This document shows positions 6,589 through 16,033 of a DNA stretch of 32,410 nt, one piece after another. The stretch comes from Anaerolineales bacterium (GTDB taxonomy: Bacteria; Chloroflexota; Anaerolineae; Anaerolineales; UBA6663): contig JBQTJD010000835.1 of assembly GCA_052387475.1 (NCBI GenBank), forward strand, positions 1-32,410. Reading direction: 5' to 3'. The number at the start of each line of letters is the position of its first letter. The stretch's first letter is position 1. The position numbers and the translations under genes are program-made. The notes beneath the pieces were generated by a model. The model did no database searches and was not told the DNA's origin. It worked only from the letters and a program-made list of their open reading frames with translations.

Positions 6589-7611
6589 ATGATGACCGAG
6601 GCCCCGCCGGAGTGGGCGTTCCGGCAAAACGTGCTGGAGACGTTGCGCGGCTACCGCACTGCGCAGACGCTCATCACTTGCGCCGAACTCAGCGTGTTTG
6701 AGGCGCTGGCCGATGGCCCGTGCACCGTCACGGAACTCGCGGCTGAGTTGCAGGCGACGACGCGCGGTCTGAGCCTTCTGCTCGATGCCGCAGTCGGGAT
6801 TGGCCTGCTGGAGAAAATTAATGAACGCTACGCCAACACGCCGCTGGCCGAGGCCTGCCTGGTAAAGGATGGCCCGTACTACCTCGGCCACTTTGTCAAA
6901 CGTGAGGGCGCGTTCTATCGCCGCTGGAGCCATCTCACCGCCGCCGTCAAAACCGGGCAACGGCCTGAAGAGAACACGCGCGATGAAGAACCTGAAGATT
7001 GGGTGCGCGACTTTGAACTTGCACTGTACAGCCTCGCGCGCGCCATCGCTCCACTCGTGGCCGAAGCGTTGGCCCTGCCCGAAGGCCGCCCGTTGCGCGT
7101 GCTGGATGTGGGCGGCGGACACGGCGGCTACAGCCTCGCGCTTGCGCGGCGCTATCCCAACGTGACGGCCACTGTCTTCGAACTGCCGCGCGTCGTGCCA
7201 ATTGCCCACGAGATTGTCGCCAATGAGGGCCTCGCGGAGCGGGTGAACGTACAGGAAGGCGACTTCCAACGCGAGGCCCTCGGCCACGGTTACGATGTGG
7301 CGCTGGTCTTTGGCGTGCTGAACGGCGAAGCGCCGGAAAGGAGGACAACGCTCATCCAAAAAGTTTTCAATGCGCTCAACCCTGGTGGTCGCATCGTCGT
7401 GCGTGAATTCCTGCTCAACGCGGATCGGGCCGGCCCGCCCGAAGCCGCCCTCTTCGCCTTGCAGATGTTGTTGGCAACGGAGGCCGGGGGACTCAGCACG
7501 ATGGACGAACTCACAGATTGGTTGTATAGCGCGGGCTTCCGCCCACCGCAAACCGTGAGCCTGCCGGCCTGGACCGGCTCATCGCTCATCATCGTCGCGG
7601 AGAAACCGTAA
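6589..7611 (+). CDS. Class I SAM-dependent methyltransferase, O-methyltransferase family 2 architecture (N-terminal winged-helix dimerisation domain)
   Basis: VLDVGGGHGGYSLALARRYP is SAM motif I. The N-terminal segment LRGYRTAQTLITCAELSVFEAL...TVTELA resembles the dimerisation domain of CrtF/BchU/COMT-like enzymes. Confidence 0.8.
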   Translation: MMTEAPPEWAFRQNVLETLRGYRTAQTLITCAELSVFEALADGPCTVTELAAELQATTRGLSLLLDAAVGIGLLEKINERYANTPLAEACLVKDGPYYLGHFVKREGAFYRRWSHLTAAVKTGQRPEENTRDEEPEDWVRDFELALYSLARAIAPLVAEALALPEGRPLRVLDVGGGHGGYSLALARRYPNVTATVFELPRVVPIAHEIVANEGLAERVNVQEGDFQREALGHGYDVALVFGVLNGEAPERRTTLIQKVFNALNPGGRIVVREFLLNADRAGPPEAALFALQMLLATEAGGLSTMDELTDWLYSAGFRPPQTVSLPAWTGSSLIIVAEKP

Positions 7612-7640
7612 TTCTCATCACTCCACAGGAGGAGAAAACC

Positions 7641-9305
7641 ATGAAACGCCTGCTAAATCTCACCATCATATTCGTCCTGCTTCTGGCGGCCTGCGGCCCG
7701 GCGGCCACTACTGAGGCGCCACCCACCGCAGCGGCCCCAACCGCTGCACCGCCTACCGCAGTCCCACCCACCCAACCACCGCCAACGGAGGTGCCCACGC
7801 CGGAGCCGACCGCCCTGCCCGGTGGCACGCTCGTTGTCGCCATAGGCGAAGACCCCGGCCAGTTCAACCCCGGCATCACCACCAGTTTCGGCCCCCATTC
7901 CGTCGCCGACTCGATCTACAACGGGCTGGTCGGCCTGGATGTCAACGCCAACCCCGTGCCTGATCTGGCAACGAGTTGGGAGATTTCGGATGACTCTACA
8001 ACATACACCTTCCACCTCGCCGAGGGCGTGACCTGGCACGACGGCGAGCCGTTCTCCTCGGAGGATGTGAAGTTCACTTTTGAGAACATCCTGCTCAAAT
8101 ATCACTCGCGCACCAAGGCCGGGCTGGAAAAGATTGTGGCCGGAATTGACACGCCTGATGCCAACACCGTCGTGTTCCGCTTCAACAAGCCCTACGCGCC
8201 TCTGTTGCAACGCCTCGATGTGACCGAAACGCCGATTTTGCCCAAACATATCTATGAGGGCATCGAGGACCCGACTAAGGCTGATGCCAACCTGAAACCG
8301 GTGGGAACCGGACCCTTCGTCCTCGACTTGTACACGCCTGGGGTGGAGATCCGCTTAAAGCGCAACGAAAACTATTTCAAAGCCGGCCTGCCCCACTTTG
8401 ATGAGGTGGTGTTCCGTATCATCCCCGATGTCAACACTCAGATTCAGGCGCTGGAGGCGGGCGAGGTGGATTACGTGTGGCGTGTGCCCGGCCCGGATAC
8501 TGCCCGTATCACCGACTCGCCCAACACCGATGTGCTACCCGTGTTCTCCGTCCCCGGCGGCGGCTACTGTATCATGACGATGACGTTCAACTTGGAACGC
8601 GACGTCTTCAAGGACGTGAAGGTGCGCGAAGCGTTTGCCTACGCCATTGACCGCCAGCAAATCGTGGATCAGATCCTCTTCGGGCAGGGGCGCGCGGCCA
8701 AGGCCCCGATTTCGAGCGGCATTGGTTGGGCGCATCTCACCGATGGGCCACAGTATGCGTATGATCCGGCGATGGCTGAGAAGTTGCTGGACGAGGCCGG
8801 TTTCCCGAAAGGGGCGGACGGTGTGCGCTTCACGGTGGACTTTGTCCACTTCCCCACGTTCTCTAAATATGGGGAAGTCCTCCGTGAACAATTGGGCAAA
8901 GTCGGCGTTGACTTTGAGCTCCGTCCGATTGAGCGCGATGCCGCCATCGATACTATCTTCAACCAGCGCGACTTCGACACCAACGTCATCTCTTACTGCA
9001 ACACCACTGACCCGGAGATTGGCGTGCGGCGTATGTACGTCTCGTCCAACATCGGCAACATTCCCTTCTCCAATGGCGCCACCTACCCGAACCCGGAGGT
9101 CGAGGCGCTGTTCGACCAGGCCGCTTCTACCGCCGACCAGGCGGCGCGTGGTGACATTTACCACCAGATTCAGGAAATCCTCCTCACCGATCTGCCTTAC
9201 TGGTGGCTGGTCGAGACGGACTTCGGCATCGGCGTGCGCTCGAAGTGCCACGACTTCAAGGGTTGGTCGGGCCACTTCGCTGAGGCAGCGTGGTGCGAAC
9301 AATAG
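7641..9305 (+). CDS. ABC transporter substrate-binding lipoprotein, family 5 (peptide/nickel, DppA/OppA/NikA-like)
   Basis: It has a signal peptide with the lipobox LLLAAC, then a PT-rich linker, then typical SBP_bac_5 content (LVGLD..PDLATSWE..TYTFHL..GVTWHDG). Confidence 0.85.
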   Translation: MKRLLNLTIIFVLLLAACGPAATTEAPPTAAAPTAAPPTAVPPTQPPPTEVPTPEPTALPGGTLVVAIGEDPGQFNPGITTSFGPHSVADSIYNGLVGLDVNANPVPDLATSWEISDDSTTYTFHLAEGVTWHDGEPFSSEDVKFTFENILLKYHSRTKAGLEKIVAGIDTPDANTVVFRFNKPYAPLLQRLDVTETPILPKHIYEGIEDPTKADANLKPVGTGPFVLDLYTPGVEIRLKRNENYFKAGLPHFDEVVFRIIPDVNTQIQALEAGEVDYVWRVPGPDTARITDSPNTDVLPVFSVPGGGYCIMTMTFNLERDVFKDVKVREAFAYAIDRQQIVDQILFGQGRAAKAPISSGIGWAHLTDGPQYAYDPAMAEKLLDEAGFPKGADGVRFTVDFVHFPTFSKYGEVLREQLGKVGVDFELRPIERDAAIDTIFNQRDFDTNVISYCNTTDPEIGVRRMYVSSNIGNIPFSNGATYPNPEVEALFDQAASTADQAARGDIYHQIQEILLTDLPYWWLVETDFGIGVRSKCHDFKGWSGHFAEAAWCEQ

Positions 9306-9322
9306 CAGATAACGCATAGCTG

Positions 9323-9358
9323 ATAGCAGATGGCAGATAGCGGTTCGCCATCTGCTAT
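9323..9358 (+). promoter_or_regulatory. Intercistronic hairpin between the SBP and permease genes
   Basis: ATAGCAGATGGC-12 nt-GCCATCTGCTAT is a 12-bp perfect inverted repeat followed by TAGCTTTTG. An alternative pairing of ATGGCAGAT (9330-9338) with ATCTGCCAT (9371-9379) would cover the permease start codon. Confidence 0.45.
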
Positions 9359-9377
9359 TAGCTTTTGACCATCTGCC

Positions 9378-10340
9378 ATGACGCAGTATCTTTTGCGCCG
9401 GCTCCTACAAATCCCACCGCTGCTATTGGGCATCGTCGTCTTCACGTTCGTGCTGATCCACATCGCGCCAGGCGATCCCATCGTCGCCCTGGCGGGCGAA
9501 CATGGCGACGCGGCTTACTACGCCCAGATGCGGGCGAAGTTCGGGCTGGATCGCCCCTTGCCGGAGCAACTCTGGATATATCTTTCGTCGTTGGCGCGGG
9601 GTGATCTGGGATATTCGTTCTCGCAGGGCCAGCCGGTGCTGAACATCATCCTCAGCCGCACGCCGACGACGTTGCTGTTGATAGTGACGGCGCTCGTGCT
9701 TTCGACCGGAATGGGACTCGGACTGGGGGTACTGGCGGCCCGTCGCCCTCACACGGCGATGGATGCTTCTGTAACATCAATCTCGCTTTTCGGCCACGCC
9801 CTGCCCGTCTTTTGGCTGGCGCAGATGATGATCTTTGCCCTGGCCGTTCAACTCGGCTGGTTCCCAACCCATGGCCTGACCAGCGCCCGTGAGCGGTACA
9901 CGGGCCTGCGCCTTGTCCTCGACATCGCTTACCACCTGGCTCTACCGGCAACGGCGCTGGCCCTGCATAACATCGCCATCGTTAGCCGCCTCACGCGCGC
10001 GGGGATGCTCGAGGCGCTGGCGCAGCCTTACACTTTGGCGGCCCGTGCCAAAGGGGTTACAGAGCGCTGGGTGCATTGGCGCCACGCCCTGCGCAACGCC
10101 CTGTTGCCAGTGGTGACGGTAGTGGGTGGGCAGGTGGGTTTTCTGTTTGCCGGGGCGGTGCTGACTGAGTCGGTTTTTGCCTGGCCCGGCTTGGGCCGCC
10201 TCTTGCTGGATGCAACCTACGCGCGAGATTATCCCGTCCTACTCGGCATGTTCTTGCTCATCAGCGCCACCGTCATCCTGGTTAACCTGCTTACCGACAT
10301 GGTCTACGCTTTTCTCGATCCGAGGATCCATTACACGTGA
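9378..10340 (+). CDS. ABC transporter permease (DppB/NikB-like)
   Basis: The N-terminus MTQYLLRRLLQIPPLLLGIVVFTFVLIHIAPGDP is typical of this family. The protein is 320 aa and multi-TM. Confidence 0.85.
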   Translation: MTQYLLRRLLQIPPLLLGIVVFTFVLIHIAPGDPIVALAGEHGDAAYYAQMRAKFGLDRPLPEQLWIYLSSLARGDLGYSFSQGQPVLNIILSRTPTTLLLIVTALVLSTGMGLGLGVLAARRPHTAMDASVTSISLFGHALPVFWLAQMMIFALAVQLGWFPTHGLTSARERYTGLRLVLDIAYHLALPATALALHNIAIVSRLTRAGMLEALAQPYTLAARAKGVTERWVHWRHALRNALLPVVTVVGGQVGFLFAGAVLTESVFAWPGLGRLLLDATYARDYPVLLGMFLLISATVILVNLLTDMVYAFLDPRIHYT

Positions 10341-10347
10341 GACTGAA

Positions 10348-11238
10348 ATGACCTCGAACATCCCGGAGCAGTTTGTCCTGCCCGTACCGGCGATACGGCG
10401 ATGGCCGCAATCGGCAATGCCTGGTCTCACTTTCCGGCTACGCAGGTTAAGCCCAACCGCCATCCTAGGCCTGGTGCTAGTGCTCGGTGTCGCGGTCATG
10501 GCGTTGTTTGCAGATGTGCTCGCGCCGGTAAGCCCCTGGTCGAGCGTGGCCAAACCCTTTCAGTCCCCTGGCCCAGCGCACCCTCTCGGCACAGATGACC
10601 TTGGGCGTGATCTGCTGGCGGGCATCATTCATGGTAGTCGCACTTCACTCATCGTTGGATTGACGGTGGCTGGCTTGTCTGCCGGGATCGGGATCATCCT
10701 GGGTTTGTCATCAGGCTACTTTGGGGGAGTCTTCGACGATGTCTTGATGCGACTGACTGAATTCTTTCAGGTCATCCCGCGCTTTTTCTTGGCTCTCGTG
10801 GCCGTCGCGCTTTTTGAGCCTGGACTGGTCACAGTCACGCTCGTCCTGGGTCTGACCTCGTGGCCGATGACAGTCAGATTATTGCGGGCGCAAGTGCTAT
10901 CGATACGTGAACGCGAATACGTGATTGCCGCGCGCGCCCTGGGTGCAGATCATCAATCCATCCTTTGGATGCATATCTTGCCGAACACCTTAACCCCCGT
11001 TATTGTCCACACGTCGTTGATGATTGGGCAAGCGATGTTGACTGAAGCCAGCCTGGCGTTCCTCGGCCTGGGCGATCCCAACCATATCAGTTGGGGCTAC
11101 CTGCTTAACAACGCTCAACCGTTTCTGCGCACTGCCTGGTGGATGCCCTTATTCCCTGGCCTGGCCATCGCGCTCGCCGTGCTCGGCTTCAACTTACTCA
11201 GCGATGGCCTCAACAACAGCTATTGGCAACGGGGTTGA
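10348..11238 (+). CDS. ABC transporter permease (DppC/NikC-like)
   Basis: HPLGTDDLGRDLLAGIIHGSRTSL is the typical DppC motif. The ATG at 10348 is preferred, because the 10177 extension overlaps the previous gene. Confidence 0.85.
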   Translation: MTSNIPEQFVLPVPAIRRWPQSAMPGLTFRLRRLSPTAILGLVLVLGVAVMALFADVLAPVSPWSSVAKPFQSPGPAHPLGTDDLGRDLLAGIIHGSRTSLIVGLTVAGLSAGIGIILGLSSGYFGGVFDDVLMRLTEFFQVIPRFFLALVAVALFEPGLVTVTLVLGLTSWPMTVRLLRAQVLSIREREYVIAARALGADHQSILWMHILPNTLTPVIVHTSLMIGQAMLTEASLAFLGLGDPNHISWGYLLNNAQPFLRTAWWMPLFPGLAIALAVLGFNLLSDGLNNSYWQRG

Positions 11239-11608
11239 TAAGCACTTTAGGCCTGCCCGCGCGATAACAGTAACGAACGCCTGCCACAGACGCCAGGCAC
11301 GCTTGAAGCTGGCTCCCATCAGCGCCGCCACCCGCCAATAGCGTGAGTGTCTATGCGTCACCGTCCGATCTACATCATGTGATCGTGTTCGATTAGGAGT
11401 TCCAAATTAATCGTTGACCTCTCTGCACGAACTACCTCTAGTGGCAGAGAAGCTACTGCTGTACGTCCATTCCTGCCGCAATTCATGGCATATCCACCTG
11501 GCTAAAGCGAGAGCCGAGAACGAGAAACCCATTAATGGCCTGGGCAGGCTATCGCTATGCGACTCTGGGGTTGTGAAGCCTCGATAGTTCCTTCGCTTTG
11601 GCGGAAGT

Positions 11609-12364
11609 ATGTTGCCATCCAACGACCGTCTTGTTGCCCAACGGCTACTGGCTGTTACCGAAGAAGAATTGCAGTGCATCGTGCTGGACATTCACGACGG
11701 GCCGGTGCAGAACTTGTTTGCCATCGTCACCGGCGACACCAAAGTCGTCAATCGAGGCAAAGCAGATCAGCTGTTCATCAACACGGCGGGTGTTGGGCTA
11801 ATCCGTCGCGAGGCGACTCTCTCCGCCTTCAACGCGCGCCCGGGCGACAAAGTCATCATCAATGGCCCGCTCGGCGACCATGGCATTGCGGTAATGATTG
11901 CGCGTGAGTCGCTCGACATGGAATTGGATGTGGTCAGTGATACAGCGGCGTTACACACTCTGGCCGCCGCCTTGCTCAACGCTGTGCCCGATGTGCGCTG
12001 CCTGAAAGACCCCACGCGCGGTGGTCTGGCGACCAGCTTAAACGAGATCGCGCTCAGCTCTGAAGTGGCGATTGCGATTGATGAGTTGGCTGTCCCAGTG
12101 CGCGCAGCGGTGCGCGGGGCGTGCGAGATTCTGGGGCTTGATCCGATGACGATTACCAATGAGGGCAAGTTGATTGCGATTGTTCCGCCCGAGTCGGTTG
12201 AGACGGCGCTGGCCGTGTTACGCCGTCATCCGCTGGGCGTCGAGGCGTCAATGATCGGCGAGGTGCGCGCCGAGCCGCCGGGCATGGTGTTCCTGCGCAC
12301 CGAAATCGGCGGCACGCGCGTGCTGGATATGCTGGTCGGTGACCCGCTACCCAGGATCTGCTAA
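11609..12364 (+). pseudogene. hypE: Chimeric ORF: a histidine-kinase HisKA_3 H-box fragment fused to a 5'-truncated hypE
   Basis: Residues 1-38 (EEELQCIVLDIHDGPVQNLFA) look like a NarX/DegS-type H-box. From about nt 11723 the sequence IVTGDTKVVNRGKADQLFINTAGVG...DPLPRIC matches HypE from roughly its residue 125 to the C-terminal PRIC motif. About 120-130 N-terminal HypE residues are missing. Confidence 0.7.
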
Positions 12365-12435
12365 GGCAGAACAAGTACGGCGATCTCCATCCAAGCGATA
12401 GGCGGGTGACAGTCAAATGACCCACTCCCAACCGG

Positions 12436-14145
12436 CTAGGTCACGATAATTTCTGTGGCATGGGCGTTAGAAGGCGCTGGCACCGGCATGACTTCAGTGA
12501 GCAATTTGCACGGATTCATGACGCCTTGGGGATCAAGCGCACGTTTGACGGCGTGCAATATCTCCAGGCCGGTTTGGCCTTCGGCTTGTCCCAACCACTT
12601 GGCATGGTCATAGCCCACCCCGTGATGATGCGAGAGCGCACCGCCGTAATTCATAATGCCATCAGTCGCCGCGGTTTTTATCTGATGCCATTGCTCTAAC
12701 TCACGCCCACGTGTGCTCCGGGCCAGAAACGTGACATACAACGAAGCGCCATCTCGATAAACGTGCGACAGATGGGTGAGCGTCAATGCCTTTGAACCGG
12801 TAGCGGCGATGGTCTGGGAAACAATCGAATTGATACGGCCATGCAAGGCCTCGACATTCTTCCATTCGGTTGCGGTTTCCAGCGTGTCCACCAGAATTCC
12901 ACGGTCGAGCAAGACATCGCGCAAGTAGGGCGTGTGGAATCGGTCGCGCACCCAACTGCGGACTGGGCTTGCACCAAGGTTGAACGCCCCCTGCTTCTTG
13001 CAAATGGTCTGAGCATGTTGAGCTTCGTGCAGGGCGCACTCATCATCGCCTTCAAACCGGAGGAGCAACAACGCGCCACGCTCGAACGAATGACCCGCGC
13101 GCGCCAGCGCTGCCAAACCGAACTTTTGCTTGAGGCTCGTCCAGCCGGTCTGACCCTCGCGCATGTGAAACGTTGTGCGAGTCTCGGCTTCATCCGACAA
13201 TCGTGCGAGGGCTGGCGTCAGGCCCGTTTGCATGATGGCGCGCAGAGCTTCCACCGCCGCGTGAAAGTCACGGAATAGCCAACCAGCTTCCTGCTGAAAC
13301 TTGGGCACAGGCTGCACGCGCAGGGTCGCCTGGGTGATGATGCCAAACACCCCCTCCGAGCCAGTGAGCAATTGCAACAGGGACGGCCCGGTGGCGCGGG
13401 CCGGAACGGTGGGCGTCTCCACCCACCCACACGGCGTCACCATCCGTGCGCCCACCACCATGTCTTCAATCTTGCCGTATTTGGTGGAGGCTTGCCCGGC
13501 GCTGCGCGTCGCAATCCAGCCACCCAGAGTCGAGAACTCAAACGATTGAGGAAAGTGATTGAGGGTCAGGCCACACTGATTAAGTGCGGCTTCTAAAGCG
13601 GGCCCCAGGATGCCCGCTTCGGCAGTGACCGTCTGTGACATCTCATCGATGGATAGCACGCGATTCAAGCGAGCCAGACTCACGGTGAAGGCCGGCCGCG
13701 TGCCCATCGGCTCCACGCCACCCACCACCGAAGTGCCGCCGCCAAAGGGGATGACGGCAACGCCGTTCTCATTGGCTAACGCCAGCACTTTCAAGATTTC
13801 GTCTTCGTTATCCGGGAAGATCACGGCATCGGTGGGGTTGGGAACCTGTCCCTGCCGGAGTTGAATCAAATCGCGATAACTCTTTCCCAACGAGTGCGCG
13901 CGGCGGACTGCATCGGCGGTGACCACGGCCTCGGCGCCCACGATTTGGCGGAGCGCCGCGAGGGTGGCTTCATCCAATCGGCTAGGGCGCAGTTGAATCG
14001 TTTCCGGGTTGACCGGCGGCGTCCGCGTTTCATCGGTCAATACCAGAGTCTCTTTGAGGTAAGGCCAAGCGAATGGCCGCTTCTCCATTGAATAGGTGGT
14101 ATCGGCATAGCCCCACCCATACCAACGCATTTCACGCCTGCTCAT
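12436..14145 (-). CDS. FAD-linked oxidase (alkyl-DHAP synthase/GlcD-like, FAD_binding_4 family)
   Basis: The N-terminus MRWYGWGY... is typical of AGPS-like proteins, and the 569-aa protein has PCMH-type FAD-binding content. The start at 14145 is preceded by a GGAGG Shine-Dalgarno and overlaps the glpD stop by 14 nt. Confidence 0.75.
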   Translation of the reverse strand: MSRREMRWYGWGYADTTYSMEKRPFAWPYLKETLVLTDETRTPPVNPETIQLRPSRLDEATLAALRQIVGAEAVVTADAVRRAHSLGKSYRDLIQLRQGQVPNPTDAVIFPDNEDEILKVLALANENGVAVIPFGGGTSVVGGVEPMGTRPAFTVSLARLNRVLSIDEMSQTVTAEAGILGPALEAALNQCGLTLNHFPQSFEFSTLGGWIATRSAGQASTKYGKIEDMVVGARMVTPCGWVETPTVPARATGPSLLQLLTGSEGVFGIITQATLRVQPVPKFQQEAGWLFRDFHAAVEALRAIMQTGLTPALARLSDEAETRTTFHMREGQTGWTSLKQKFGLAALARAGHSFERGALLLLRFEGDDECALHEAQHAQTICKKQGAFNLGASPVRSWVRDRFHTPYLRDVLLDRGILVDTLETATEWKNVEALHGRINSIVSQTIAATGSKALTLTHLSHVYRDGASLYVTFLARSTRGRELEQWHQIKTAATDGIMNYGGALSHHHGVGYDHAKWLGQAEGQTGLEILHAVKRALDPQGVMNPCKLLTEVMPVPAPSNAHATEIIVT

Positions 14146-15811
14146 GCTGCGCCTCCGGCAGATTCCCGGTTGAGTCAAAGCGCCGGGTGAGCGCCACCTG
14201 CTGACGATAGGCGTTCACTTGTCGCGCCATGTCGTCAGCGCTCCATCCCAGTAATGGCGCCATCCTCACGGCGATGCCGTGCGCCAATGGCAAGCCCTGC
14301 CCCGGCGCTTCGTGCAGCAACCGCGTGCGCCGAATGAGCACGTCGTTCAGTGTGCAGGCCATTTCGTGCTCCACCGCGTAAGGGATTTCGGCGTACAGAT
14401 AAGGTAAGCCGTCCACCATTCGGCGACCCAGGCTTTTATCCTGCGCAGCCCGATTCAACACCGTCATGCACTGTGAGCCATACGCCGATACGAGATAGCG
14501 AAGGACATCATCTTCCAATTCGGCGGCGGCACGGGCGTTCTCAATCAACACGGTCACCTCGGGCTGATTGCCGATACTGGAGTCCAATGGCACACGGTCG
14601 GTGCGGCAGGTTGAGCCGCGCCCGAGTTGCGCCGACACCACATCCATCACATCCTTCGCCATCGCGCGGTGTGTGGTCAGTTTCCCTCCGGCAATGGAAA
14701 TCAGACCCGAGTCAGAAATAGAAATGTGATGCTCGCGGGTAGCGCCATAGGCGGCCCCGCCTGCGCCGTGCACGAGCGGCCTGAGGCCCGCGAAGGTGCT
14801 GACCACATCCGTATCGGTGAGGTGCGTGTCGGCAAACGCTCGATTGACCGATTCCAACAACCATGTCACTTCATCTCTCAGCGCGTACACCGACTCTAAA
14901 TCGCCAGCGTAATCGGCATCGGTTGTTCCAATGAGGCTGGTCGTCCGCCAGGGCACGGCATACAGCATACGCTGATCCCCCGCCGCCGCGAAGATCACCT
15001 GACCGGCAATAGGGAACTTGGCGTGGGGCACGGCAACGTGGATGCCTTTGTTCGGGCGCACACTGGGCGCCGACGCCTGGTCGAGATTCCGTATGGCATC
15101 GTTCCACGGCCCGGTGGCATTCACCACCCGCGCCGCCCGCACTTCGAACGTCTCGCCGGTGAGTACATCTCGGACACCCACTCCAGCGACATGGCCTTGA
15201 GATTTAAGCAGGCCCATTACCTCAGCATAATTAAGTGTCAAAGCACCGTGTTCGTAAGCCGATTTTATGATGGCCAGGGTCAGGCGCGCATCGTCGGCGG
15301 CGCGCTCCCAGTAGCGGATAGCATCGCGGCCACCCCGCATTGAGATGTTTGGTTCAGCCGATGCCAATTGCCCCGCCGTCAAATGTTCACTCAAGTGGAT
15401 ATTGCGATATTGAGCCAGCGCATCATACGCCCAGAAACCGACTTGCACTTTGAGACGGCGACGCCAATCATCCGCCAATGGGATGGTAGACGGCAGCGCG
15501 GATACCAGGTGCGGCGCGAGGGCATGTAGTATTCGGCGCTCCGCGCAGGCTTGATGTACCACGCCAAACTGGAGTGATTGGACGTACCGCAAGCCGCCAT
15601 GAATGATGCGGGCCGAGTTGCCGCTGGTGCCGCCCGCGAAATCTTGTTTTTCCAAGAGGGCAATGCTGAAACCGCGCAGGGTGGCGTCGCGGGCGATCCC
15701 TGCGCCGGTGATGCCGCCGCCGATCACAACCACATCAAAGGTCTGTGACCGCAATTGTTCGAGGAAAGCGGCGCGCGTGCGCAGAGTAAAGATGGGGCTT
15801 GAAGCGGGCAT
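14132..15811 (-). CDS. glpD: FAD-dependent glycerol-3-phosphate dehydrogenase
   Basis: FDVVVIGGGITGAGIARDATLRGFSIALLEKQDFAGGTSGNSARIIHGGLRY is the canonical GlpD N-terminus. The protein is 559 aa. Confidence 0.85.
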   Translation of the reverse strand: MPASSPIFTLRTRAAFLEQLRSQTFDVVVIGGGITGAGIARDATLRGFSIALLEKQDFAGGTSGNSARIIHGGLRYVQSLQFGVVHQACAERRILHALAPHLVSALPSTIPLADDWRRRLKVQVGFWAYDALAQYRNIHLSEHLTAGQLASAEPNISMRGGRDAIRYWERAADDARLTLAIIKSAYEHGALTLNYAEVMGLLKSQGHVAGVGVRDVLTGETFEVRAARVVNATGPWNDAIRNLDQASAPSVRPNKGIHVAVPHAKFPIAGQVIFAAAGDQRMLYAVPWRTTSLIGTTDADYAGDLESVYALRDEVTWLLESVNRAFADTHLTDTDVVSTFAGLRPLVHGAGGAAYGATREHHISISDSGLISIAGGKLTTHRAMAKDVMDVVSAQLGRGSTCRTDRVPLDSSIGNQPEVTVLIENARAAAELEDDVLRYLVSAYGSQCMTVLNRAAQDKSLGRRMVDGLPYLYAEIPYAVEHEMACTLNDVLIRRTRLLHEAPGQGLPLAHGIAVRMAPLLGWSADDMARQVNAYRQQVALTRRFDSTGNLPEAQHEQA

Positions 15812-16033
15812 GCGCTTGCTCGGCTATATCGCCAGGCAGATCTCAGCAGTCTGGTGCACGTTATTTCAAAATTGATTTAGGCCAGCAGGGTGAGTCGGTC
15901 CGGCGACACTCCGACTTTCAATCGCTGGGCTACAGTATACAAAATCTCGCCGTCGGCGTGGATGGGCAATGACCCGGGGAGATGATGACAATGCGGCGTC
16001 AGCTAGAACCGTCGCCCGACTATGAGAATATGT

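Noticed and set aside
6583-7551. A 322-aa minus-strand ORF, and similar long antisense ORFs at 2476-3048, 4392-5036, 4760-5401, 5405-5974, 7653-8249, 8535-9317 and 22702-23295.
   Set aside because: These are shadow ORFs typical of high-GC DNA. Their compositions are Arg/Ala/Gly/Pro-rich and low-complexity, they have no recognisable motifs, and each lies fully opposite a gene with clear family signatures.
7690-7810. Repetitive CCNACN-rich DNA in the SBP gene (PTAAPTAAPPTAVPPTQPPPTEVPTPEPT), and a similar stretch at 26780-26960 in the FHA/PD40 gene.
   Set aside because: These are in-frame Pro/Thr-rich interdomain linkers rather than tandem-repeat elements or CRISPR-like arrays.
10177-10347. 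The upstream start for the second ABC permease.
   Set aside because: The extension overlaps the 3' end of the first permease gene out of frame. The ATG at 10348 gives the normal DppC-like N-terminus.
11407-11691. The minus-strand 94-aa ORF and other short ORFs in the 11240-11610 gap.
   Set aside because: They have no motifs, poor codon bias and lie in a lower-GC region. The region is better described as decayed or foreign non-coding DNA.
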